DNA of 64,000 nucleotides. It comes from Vicugna vicugna. Its lineage: Eukaryota. The stretch lies in contig MU058463.1 of NCBI GenBank assembly GCA_013265495.1, positions 3,331,037-3,395,036 of the forward strand, written 5' to 3'. Shown one piece after another: positions 12,232 to 23,256 of this stretch. Under the pieces are notes generated by a model, which had not been told where the DNA came from, did no database searches, and saw only the letters and a program-made list of their open reading frames with translations. Every line of letters starts with the position of its first letter. The first letter of the stretch is position 1. The position numbers were made by a program, and so were the translations under genes.

Positions 12232-13989
12232 GATGCCTGGAATCCCAGACTCTTTTTTTGCTGACTCCTCCGTACCCTGGTCCAACAACTTGTCCTGGAC
12301 TCACAGTACATGCGGGGAGCTATGAGCATGAGCGGACTGTCCTCATTGTTTCCTTTTCTGGGCATCTAAAGTCTGGGCTCATTGAATAAGAGGAAAGTCT
12401 TCTAATGTAACTTAATCTCAGTTTTGGTAAATCTTGCCTCTCCTATTTTTATCCCCATGAAATACTTATTTTCCATAGTTTTGTGGCTAAAAAGTCTGTA
12501 CAATAATGAGAACTGTTTAACAATTTTGAATTCTTGTTTTAAGAAAAGATGGATACATGCTGTGTAAAATGGTAACTGTCAACTTCAGAGAACCAGGGGA
12601 TGTTCTTAAAAAGTACATATGAAGTTGCTCTGGGTGTGGAGGATGCTTGCAACCATTTTACTTTTCCTCCCCCTTTGGGGAGCAACCCACACCATGTCCC
12701 TTTTAGTTTTCCATCATAAACACGCCCTCAAACATGAGAGTCTCACATTAGGAGCTTAAGGACAACTTACGCAGCTTGCATTTATTGCAACAGTATTACA
12801 CCCAGCAAAAAAGCAAAGCAAGCCTTGAAATATGTAAAATCTCTATCATTCTGGGACCAGCTTTCTATAATAATCATTGTCTGACAATCATGAAAACTTT
12901 TTCTTCCTAAGGAAAGAACACTGCACGTTATCCAAGGGTGGAGCATGGGAAATGGGTCCTGAGGTTAAGTTATCTCTGGTTCCCGGACATCTATAATTCC
13001 TTTTCTGACAAGTTCATTTGTAATGCACAATGCACATGGATAAGCTATCGGTCACGTGAACATCTGAAGGAAGACCAAAAAAAAATCTGTTGAATGAAAA
13101 ATCATTAATCTTTTATAACAAGGTTCCAATGCAAATTTCAGTCCTGCTCTCTGCATGATACTTTGAGAACATCTAGTCTTTGGGAAGGAATAAAGTGTTA
13201 AGCCCAGGTCTCCAATAAATAAAATGAAATAGAATGTTATCAAACTCAGTAGACAAATATTTGGATTGAACAGGGTACATACAATAAACTGTGTACTTCA
13301 AAAAGTAACTAGGCTGCCCTATTTTCATTTGGTAGAAGAATTACACCGAACTCTATTTCATTGCCTACCCAAGGGCCACTGAACCACTTACCTAAATAAG
13401 AGCAACTATGATGTTCAGGATACAAAATAATTTAATTAAATTTATCTGCCATTTCCATCTGATTACAAAATGAGCAATGTTAATTAAGTCCATAAATTCA
13501 TACCCATCTCCCGTATAAATTTTAACTGAAACAAAATAAAAGAAATTGGAAAGTTAAAACCACTCTCAAAGACAAGATGTACATTTTCTTGACCATAAAT
13601 GGAAAAGAAATACAAAGCAGGAGGTGGGGTCTGCTGGTTCCAGAACTGCAAACAGGTAGAGACTGCGGACAGTTTTGGCTCTTGTAGGTAATAAAAGCTA
13701 AAACTGCCCCCATGGGACTATGTCATAACTCACAGCCTAAATCTAGGAGCTGCACTGAGTTTCTTCCTGCCATGAGTTTGAAACTCCGAACAGAGGTACT
13801 CACCATTTATGTGAACCGATGGTTAGAGCTTTTATAAAAGCATATCACTACGGAACCAACAGGAAGTAAGTGGGGACTAGAAATCAGGGCAGACTACACC
13901 ACCCACAAGTCTGGCATCTGGATCTGCACTATTTACAATATCCCTGTGCGATGCAGGTCCTAAGACCCACTACAGAACATGATAGACTT

Positions 13990-15160
13990 CCAGTCAAGAG
14001 GAACCTGGAAACCAATATTCCAAAATTCATGATGAAAACCAATGTAGGAACAAACAACAGCCATGAGATGAATTCAATCTAATAAAATGAAAAAAATAAT
14101 TGAGCAATATGAAAGTCAATTTAAAGTATCTATGTTAAGGATCTTCAAAGAGATCTAAAAAGGCATAAGTCCACTGGACAAAAAGGAAAAATGGAATAAG
14201 AACAGAGAACAGAAAATGAAAAACTAATGAAGGAAAAATAGTACAAATAAATAATACAGTAATTAAAATTTTTTTAAAATGCTGTACTGGACCCAGAAAC
14301 AGAGATAATTAGTGAGCAAGGAAAAAATACTAAGATGTTCTGCCAGAGCACTGCAGCAGGATAAAGAGATTAAAATATAAAAGCGTAGTTAATAGTGATG
14401 GAAAATGGTTTGAGAGGACTCAAACATGTACTAAATGGGACACCAGAAAAAGAGAACAGAAGGGATGGCAGAAAAACAGTATTTACAGTACTTAGAGAGC
14501 AAGTAGCTAATAATTTTAAAGATTTTTGGAAAGATGTGAGCATTCAGATCATGAACACTTATTCTCAAAAAAATCAGAGTAAAACCATGTTTAAATCACA
14601 TCATGGTGAAAATGCAGGTTCTCAAAGATGACGAGAAAAATCTCTAAAGTCATAGTAGCAGATTACAAAGGCACAGCAATCAGATGGAGGAATAGGAGGG
14701 TGGAAGGATAGTAAAAGGAGGGAGATTCAATGAAGTACCTTGTCTTATTCAAGAAGAAGCAAGATATAGAGAAAAACTTCTGGGTTAGAGAAAGTTATAG
14801 TCAAGTATGCATGTGAAAACAGAGTAGAAATACAACCTATAGCTTCCAAACTAGCAAGGGGAAAAAATGACCAATCCAATGGAAAGCAAGAAAGAAGAGG
14901 GGAAAAGTCAAACAAAAGCAAACAAGAAAAGAAGACAAATAGAAAATGGAAATATTAAAAGATAGATAGAATCCCAAATAAATAATCACAATAAAAATTG
15001 GCAGATTAACTTTTCTGATTAAAAGATATCATATCAGACTATAAAAAAAGAATACACTTCTAAAATGAAATGACTCAAAATGTTAAAAAAAAAAGAGAAA
15101 AAAAGAACAAGCCTGTCAAATATCAAGAAGCAAAAGTTGAATTATCAATATTAATATCAC
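13990..15160 (+). mobile_element. Ancient L1M: degraded ORF1 and start of ORF2
   Basis: A-rich sequence. ORF 14395-14631 (LRGLKHVLNGTPEKENR...TVF) resembles the ORF1p RRM start (NIRIIGVPEEE). Confidence 0.55.
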
Positions 15161-15541
15161 AGACAGCATCTAAGACTTCTTTCTAACCATGGAATACCAA
15201 TTTTCTACATCCAATTATAGAGGATGATTTAATGGTGTTTTCTTCACTACCAAGTCACATGTGTGGCTTTGAGGTGAACAGTTAATTTCACAAGAGATAA
15301 GATTATTTTGATTGCATTTCAAGGAGACATCTGAAAAAGGGAAGAAGCAAAGCCACTTATGATGACAGGAATATAAAAAAGGGATGGTTTCAACAGTCAA
15401 AGCCTTTTAAAATTTGATACAAAATGTCTTTATTTCAGCATAAGTTAGATTTATTTTCTTCATACTGTCAAGCTTCTGTTTACTCAATCAAGCTATATAT
15501 GGTGTGTATGTTTATGTGTGTATATATACACATAAAAAGTA

Positions 15542-16010
15542 TGTTAGATTTATTGCAGCAAAGGTATTCCTCATTTCTTTCTGTACCCATGCCCTGTGAC
15601 AAAAGACCTTGCAGTATGACAAAAGAGGAGCGTATATTTTCACCTTAGACTTCCAGTTAGGTTACGTGACTTGCAAAGGCATCTTATTGGGTATCAGGTG
15701 ACAAAAGACTTGGAAAGTGCTTGCCTTCTTGAGCTAGCTCTCTTGCACCTTTGCCACTGCCATGAGAAGAACACGCCTAGTTGAGCAGAGTTCAACCAGC
15801 CCAGCCACACATAGCCCAGATCAGCGAACCCCTAGCTAAACCCTAGACACAACAGCAAGCCCAGCTGAGATTAACAGAACCACTCAGCTGAGCCCATAGA
15901 TCAGGGAAGCCACAAATCTGTGAGAATAATAGATGATGACTGTTTTAAATCCCTGAGTTTTAGGGGTAGCTGGTTATGCAGCACTTTTGCGGCAATAGCT
16001 AAACCACACA
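15542..16010 (+). mobile_element. MaLR solo LTR (MLT1 family)
   Basis: TGCCACTGCCATGAGAAGAAC and the 3' end TGTTTTAAATCCCTGAGTTTTAGGGGTAGCTGGTTATGCAGCA...GCAATAGCTAA are typical of MLT1. Confidence 0.75.
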
Positions 16011-16199
16011 CATTGCACTATTTTCAACAATCTTTTATTCTCTCAAAGCTTTTGACTGACAGGTGCTAATTAGAGGCTCTGTCTTTGGTTTCAACCATGA
16101 TTTAACACCTATGTAGAATTTAAGAAAATCAGACATCGAATCAAGGAATATAAAGTTTATAATTTCTAGATTAAAGAGAGTGGGATATATAATTTTCTA

Positions 16200-16418
16200 T
16201 TTCCATAGCATTCAACTCAATGAGCTAGAAAAATAACATTAGAATAAACACAAAGGAAGTAAAAGAAATAAAATTATAAAATAAGTGTAGAAATGAAAGA
16301 AATGGAAAGCAAAAATAAAAAGTCTTTTGAGGGTTAACCAAAACTAAAAGTTGGTTATTTGAATAAATTAATAAAATGAAAACAGCTAGCATCATAACTT
16401 GAGGAGGGGGGATTCATT
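16200..16418 (+). mobile_element. Ancient L1M ORF2 fragment that is the host of copy A (appears to resume at 23635-23695)
   Basis: AACCAAAACTAAAAGTTGGTTATTTGAATAAATTAATAAAA is a degraded '[11 protein letters not shown]'. Confidence 0.6.
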
Positions 16419-16443
16419 AAAAACACACAGCAGGAGGAGAGAG

Positions 16444-16453
16444 AAGATGGCGG
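16444..16453 (-). promoter_or_regulatory. YY1 site of the L1 internal promoter
   Basis: AAGATGGCGG (reverse complement CCGCCATCTT) at +12 of the element, the position known for mammalian L1 YY1 sites. Confidence 0.8.
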
Positions 16454-18104
16454 AGTAGAAGGATGCTTGCAGCTCACCCTCTACCACAAATGCACCAAGA
16501 CTCACATCCACAAACCCACTCAGCCAACCAGAGCACCTGCGGAACTCCAACAGAACATCGCCCTCTTCAAAAGATAAAGACGCCAAAAATCTGATAGGAG
16601 AAAAGGAAAAAAGAAAGAACAAAAGGCAAAGCAGAGGGGGACGGGTCCCGCGGGGAGGGAGCAGCAAAGGAGGACTGGCGCTCGCTCGCTGGGTCTCCCC
16701 TCTCCAACTGAGAGGCCAGCGGGACGGAGGGGGAGCCCACGAGGCTCGGATCTGTACAGAGCAGCCCTTGTCTGACAGAACTAAGTTAAACGAGCACAGA
16801 GCGTCCCCCCGACACCCAGCCTGAGACACAGGCTGGCAGCAATGGGCAGGGCCAGGCTGCCCAAGCTGGGTGGAGGACAGGGGCGGCTGCATGGAGGCAG
16901 CCCTGGGGGACTGTAGGAGGCTGCGTGCCGTGGCTGTGGGTACATAGGGCAGGACAACCTGGGCCCTCCATAAACCAGCAAGGTTGATGTGCCCTGGGGG
17001 GAAGGGTGCATACCCCCATCTGAAAACCCGCGGAAAGTTTTTGGGGGAAGAGAGGCAGGGCTCAGGCACAGCCGCCATATCCTGTGGTGCTTAGCAACCT
17101 GGCGGGAGCGGGGGAGAAACCTGCATCCACACCCAAGGGCTTAGCAGCCTCAAGGGCCAGACTGAGACTTGTCTACAGCCCGAGGCAGATAGGATCCTTC
17201 CATCCTGGTCCCTCAGAGAACTTGCTCCGCCAAGACAAACAAGGAGTTGGGTTTTCATCTGGAGCAGGGACAAGGCTATCCCTTGGTCTTCCCCAAGCCG
17301 GCCTGCGGAGCGCCGACCAGGGCGGAGCGCGCAGCCGCACAGAGCAGCGGAGCTACAGGCGGAGCAGGCAGAGGGAGAGCGGCCCCCCACCTTGCGGGCA
17401 GGAACGCAGCCCCTGACCGCTGTGCTGGGAGGGGGCGCGACCTGCCCTCCTACCTGGCCAGTCTGCAACATCTGACTGCATGGGGAGGGGCAGTGACCCG
17501 CCCACCCACAGCAGAGGAGAGCTGCACCTGAACCAGTGTTAGGAGGAGGCGCGATCGGCTTGCTGACAGGTGCTGGGAGAAGAGGGCGCCAACGGAGGGC
17601 CTCTGGAAACAGCAAGCTGAGCTTCCAAAACAGGACGAAGACAGAAAGACTTCACGTTAAAAGCACACAGACTCCAGGAGAACACCAACACCCCCACCTT
17701 TTTTTTTGTTTGTTTGTTTGTTTTTTTAAACTGTTTTTATCTGTTCTACTTTCTATCACCCTCTTAATTTTTGCTTCTTAATTCATTTCTACTTCTCTTG
17801 GGTTTTGATGTCCTGTTATTGATTAGACACAGGTTTCAAATACATTTTTCATCTTTTCCCTTTTTTTTTAAAGGTTTTAAAAGGACGTCTCAACCCAATT
17901 GATATTCTGCTTCAACTCGCTCTTCTATTACTCATTATACACTGTTTTCAAACCTTCTTTCTCCCTTCTTTTAAAATTCTTTCTCTCTCTCTCTTATTTT
18001 TTCTTTTTTTCCTAAGTCTTATTCCTAAATAGGCATTAGATAGATAAACTCCTTAAGGACCAAACAGATAACTGATACTCCATAAACCATAGTGCCAGAG
18101 AGGT

Positions 18105-18383
18105 ATGAGCAAGATGAAGAAGCAGAGAAGCCTTTCCCAATTAAAAGAACAAGAGAAATCCCCTGAAAGAAAGATCAATGAAATAGATATCAATAGCCTA
18201 CTAGATCAAGATTTCAAAAAAGGACTGATCAAAGTGCTGAAGGAATTAAAAGAGATAAATGCAGAGGATTAGTGACCTAGAAGACAGGACAATAGAAAGC
18301 ACCCATTCAGAAGAGCTACAAGGTAAGCAAATAAAAAATAATGAAAATAGCATAAGGGATCTATGGGATAATATAAAATAAAG
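18105..18383 (+). pseudogene. L1 ORF1p N-terminal part, frameshifted by an apparent coiled-coil deletion near 18257; remainder lies in a gap
   Basis: MSKMKKQRSLSQLKEQEKSPE...FKKGLIKVLKELKEI, then in another frame RISDLEDRTIE...NENSIRDLWDNIK. Confidence 0.85.
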
Positions 18384-19351
18384 NNNNNNNNNNNNNNNNN
18401 NNNNNNNNNNNNNNNNNNNNNNNNNNNNNNNNNNNNNNNNNNNNNNNNNNNNNNNNNNNNNNNNNNNNNNNNNNNNNNNNNNNNNNNNNNNNNNNNNNNN
18501 NNNNNNNNNNNNNNNNNNNNNNNNNNNNNNNNNNNNNNNNNNNNNNNNNNNNNNNNNNNNNNNNNNNNNNNNNNNNNNNNNNNNNNNNNNNNNNNNNNNN
18601 NNNNNNNNNNNNNNNNNNNNNNNNNNNNNNNNNNNNNNNNNNNNNNNNNNNNNNNNNNNNNNNNNNNNNNNNNNNNNNNNNNNNNNNNNNNNNNNNNNNN
18701 NNNNNNNNNNNNNNNNNNNNNNNNNNNNNNNNNNNNNNNNNNNNNNNNNNNNNNNNNNNNNNNNNNNNNNNNNNNNNNNNNNNNNNNNNNNNNNNNNNNN
18801 NNNNNNNNNNNNNNNNNNNNNNNNNNNNNNNNNNNNNNNNNNNNNNNNNNNNNNNNNNNNNNNNNNNNNNNNNNNNNNNNNNNNNNNNNNNNNNNNNNNN
18901 NNNNNNNNNNNNNNNNNNNNNNNNNNNNNNNNNNNNNNNNNNNNNNNNNNNNNNNNNNNNNNNNNNNNNNNNNNNNNNNNNNNNNNNNNNNNNNNNNNNN
19001 NNNNNNNNNNNNNNNNNNNNNNNNNNNNNNNNNNNNNNNNNNNNNNNNNNNNNNNNNNNNNNNNNNNNNNNNNNNNNNNNNNNNNNNNNNNNNNNNNNNN
19101 NNNNNNNNNNNNNNNNNNNNNNNNNNNNNNNNNNNNNNNNNNNNNNNNNNNNNNNNNNNNNNNNNNNNNNNNNNNNNNNNNNNNNNNNNNNNNNNNNNNN
19201 NNNNNNNNNNNNNNNNNNNNNNNNNNNNNNNNNNNNNNNNNNNNNNNNNNNNNNNNNNNNNNNNNNNNNNNNNNNNNNNNNNNNNNNNNNNNNNNNNNNN
19301 NNNNNNNNNNNNNNNNNNNNNNNNNNNNNNNNNNNNNNNNNNNNNNNNNNN
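18384..19351. other. Assembly gap (N run)
   Basis: 968 N. Confidence 1.
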
Positions 19352-19477
19352 ATTTACAAGGGAGTCACAAAAATTAAATAAAATCCATGATAATACAAAG
19401 GAAAATTACCAAACCACAAAAGGAAGAAGAAAGGAACAAAGAGGATATACCAATTCAACTGCAAAGATAAGTTCAAA

Positions 19478-22400
19478 ATGGCAATAAACACACATCATTA
19501 ATTACTGTAAATGTTAATGGACTAAATGCTCTAGTCAAAAGACATAGAGTGGCAGACTGGATAATAAAGCAAGAACCTTCAATATGCTGCATACAAGAGA
19601 CCCACTTTAGGGAGAAGGACACATATAAATTGAGAGTGAAAGGATGGAAAAGGATATTCCATGGAAATGGAAAAGCCAAAAAAGCAGGTGTTGCAGTACT
19701 GATTTCAGACAAAATAGACTTTAAAACAAAGGCCATAAAGAAAGATAAAGAAGGACATTTAATAATGATTAAAGGAGTGATACAAGATGAGGATATTACA
19801 CTCGTTAATATATATGCACCCAATATAGGAGCACCTAAGTACATAGAACAATTACTAACAGAGATAAAGGGGGATATTGATGGGAATACAATCATAGTTG
19901 GAGATTTTAACACTGCATTAACATCACTAGACAGATCTTCCAGACAGAAAATAAACAAGGCAACAGACAAATTAAATAATATAATAGAAAAACTAGATTT
20001 GGTGGATATTTTCAGAGCATTACACCCCCCAAAAATAGGATATACTTTCTTTTCAAGTGCACATGGAACATTATCCAGGATGGATCATGTACTTGGGCAC
20101 AAAAGAAACCTCAACAATTTTAAGAAGATAGAAATTATCTCAAGCATCTTTACTGACCAGAATGCCATGAAACTGGAAATCAACAACAGAGAAACAAAGG
20201 AGAAAAAAAGGAAAACATGGAAATTAAACAACATGTTATTGAAAAAACAATGGGTCAACGAGGAAATCAAAGCTGAAATTAAAAAATACCTTGAGACAAA
20301 TGAAAATGAAAGCACAACCACTCAAAATTTATGGGACACAGCAAAGGCAGTGCTAAGAGGGAAGTTTATAGCAGTACAGGCCTTCCTCAAAAAAGAAGAA
20401 CAATCTCAAATAAACAAGTTAACCCACCACCTGAATGAATTAGAAAAAGAAGAACAAAAAGCCCCAAAAAGCAGCAGAAGGAAGGAAATAATAAAGATCA
20501 GAGAGGAAATAAATACAATAGAGATTAACAAGACCATAGAAAAAATCAACCAAACCAAAAGCTGGTTTTTTGAAAAAGTAAATAAAATCGACAAACCTCT
20601 GGCCAAACTCACAAAGAAGAAAAAAGAGAGAGCACAAATTAGCAAAATAAGAAAGGTTAATGGAGAAATTACAACACATGAAATAGAAATACAGAATATC
20701 ATGTAAGAATACTATGAAAAACTATATGGAACCAAACTAGATAACCTAGAGGAGATGGACAAGTTTCTGGAAACATACTGTCCACCAAGACTGAATCAAG
20801 AAGAAACTGAACCCTTGAACAATCCAATCACTACAAAGGAAATAGAAATAGCAATCAAAAACCTCCCTACAAATAAAAGTCCAGGACCAGACGGCTTCAC
20901 TGGGGAATTCTACTAAACATACATAGAAGAACTCATACCAGTCCTTCTCAATCTCTTCTAGATGATTGAAAAGGAGGGAATACTCCCAAACTGAATCTAT
21001 GAAGCCACCATCACCCTGATACTAAAACCAGGCAAAGACACTACAAAAAAAGAGAATTATAGGCCAATATCACTGATGAACATAGACACCAAAATCCTTA
21101 CCAAAATATAGCAAATAGAATCCAACAACACATAAAAAAGATTATACATCATGACCAAATGGGATTCATCCCAGGGACACAAGGGTGGTTCAACATACAC
21201 AAATCAATCAATGTAATACATCACATCAACAAGAGAAAGGACAAAAACCACATGATTATCTCAATAGATGAAGAAAAAGCGTTTGATAAAATTCAACACA
21301 CATTTATGATAAAAACTCTCGCCAAAGTGGGTATAGAGGGAACATATCTCAACATAATAAAAGCTATATATGACAAACCTACAGCCAGCATAGTACTCAA
21401 CAGTGAAAAACTCAAAAGCTTCCCACTAAAATCTGGGACAAGACAAGGATGCCCACTATCACCACTCCTATTCAACATAGTCCTGGAAGTCCTAGCCACA
21501 GCAATCAGGCAAGAGAGAGAAATAAAAGGGATCCAAATTGGAAAAGAAGCGGTAAAAGTGTCACTATATGCTGACAACATGTTACTATATGTAGAAAACC
21601 CTAAAAGGTCCACTTAAAAACTACTAGAGCTGATTGAAGAATTCAGCAAGGTAGCAGGTTACAAAATTAACGTTCAAAAATCAGTTGCATTTCTTTACAC
21701 TAACGATAAATCAACAGAAAAAGAAAGTAAAGAAACAATCCCCTTTAAAATAGCACCCAAAGTAATAAAATATCTGGGAATAAATCTAACCAAGGAGGTG
21801 AAAGAATTATACACAGAAAACTATAAACCATTGATGAAGGAAATTAAAGAAGACTTTAAAAAATGGAAAGATATTCCATGCTCTTGGATTGGAAGAATCA
21901 ATATTGTTAAAATGGTCACACTGCCCAAGGCAATCTACAGATTTAATGCAATCCCTATCCAATTACCCAGGACATATTTCACAGAACTAGAACAAATCAT
22001 AATAAAATTTATATGGAACCATCAAAGACCTAGAATTGCCAAAGCATTACTGAAGAGAAAGAAAGAGGCTGGAGGAATAACTCTCCCAGACTTCAGACAA
22101 TACTATAGAGCTACAGTCATCAAGACAGCATGGTATTGGTACCAAAACAGACATATAGACCAATGGAACAGAATAGAGAGCCCAGAAATGAACCCACAAA
22201 CTTTTGGTCAACTCATCTTCGACAAAGGAGGCAAGAATATACAATGGAATAAAGACAGTCTCTTCAGTAAATGGTGTTGGGGAAACTGGACAGCAGCATG
22301 TAAAGAAGTGAAGCTAGAACACTCCCTTACATCATACACAAAAACCAACTCAAAATGGATCACAGACTTAAACATAAGACAAGATACAATAAACCTCCTA

Positions 22401-23256
22401 GAGGAAAACATAGGCAAAACATTATCTTACATACATCTCAAAAATTTTCTCCTAGAATAAATAAAAGCAAGAATAGACNNNNNNNNNNNNNNNNNNNNNN
22501 NNNNNNNNNNNNNNNNNNNNNNNNNNNNNNNNNNNNNNNNNNNNNNNNNNNNNNNNNNNNNNNNNNNNNNNNNNNNNNNNNNNNNNNNNNNNNNNNNNNN
22601 NNNNNNNNNNNNNNNNNNNNNNNNNNNNNNNNNNNNNNNNNNNNNNNNNNNNNNNNNNNNNNNNNNNNNNNNNNNNNNNNNNNNNNNNNNNNNNNNNNNN
22701 NNNNNNNNNNNNNNNNNNNNNNNNNNNNNNNNNNNNNNNNNNNNNNNNNNNNNNNNNNNNNNNNNNNNNNNNNNNNNNNNNNNNNNNNNNNNNNNNNNNN
22801 NNNNNNNNNNNNNNNNNNNNNNNNTGGAGAGGCTGTGGAGAAAGGGGAACCCTCCTACACTGCTGGTGGGAATGCAGTTTGGTGCAGCCACTATGGAAAA
22901 CAGTGTGGAGATTCCTCAAAAGACTAGGAATAGACTTAGTGTATGACCCAGGAATCCCACTCCTGGGCTTGTATCCAGAAGGAACAGTACTTCAGGATGA
23001 CACCTGCACCCCAATGTTCACAGAAGCACTATTTACAATAGCCAAAACATGGAAACAGCCTAAATGTCCATCAACAGGTAACTGGATAAAGAAGAGGTGG
23101 TATATTTATACAATGGAATACTACTCAGCCATAAAAACCAACAACATAATGCCATTTGCAGCAACATGGATGCTCCTAGAGAATGTCATTCTAAGTGAAG
23201 TAAGCCAGAAAGAGAAAGAAAAATACCATATGAGATCGCTCATATGTGAAATCTAA
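19478..23256 (+). pseudogene. L1 ORF2p (endonuclease, RT, C-terminal domain), disrupted
   Basis: EN motifs (CCIQETH, NIYAPN, GDFNT) and RT motifs ([15 protein letters not shown]). Frameshift just after the ATG; stops at 20704, 20914, 20959, 20992, 21615 and 22458; frameshift near 21110. Confidence 0.95.
22479..22824. other. Assembly gap (N run)
   Basis: 346 N; the homologous stretch in copy C is about 360 bp. Confidence 1.

Noticed and set aside
17084..17781. Several 80-170-aa ORFs in the L1 5'UTR
   Set aside because: They mostly have non-ATG starts, lie in GC-rich sequence and show no recognisable domain.
19473..22417. Minus-strand ORFs over copy A, and the equivalent plus-strand ORFs over copy C (53154-55915)
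   Set aside because: These are antisense shadows of L1 ORF2 codon structure, not independent genes.
22355..22927. ORFs of 154-190 aa containing X runs
   Set aside because: They are artefacts of translating through the N gap.
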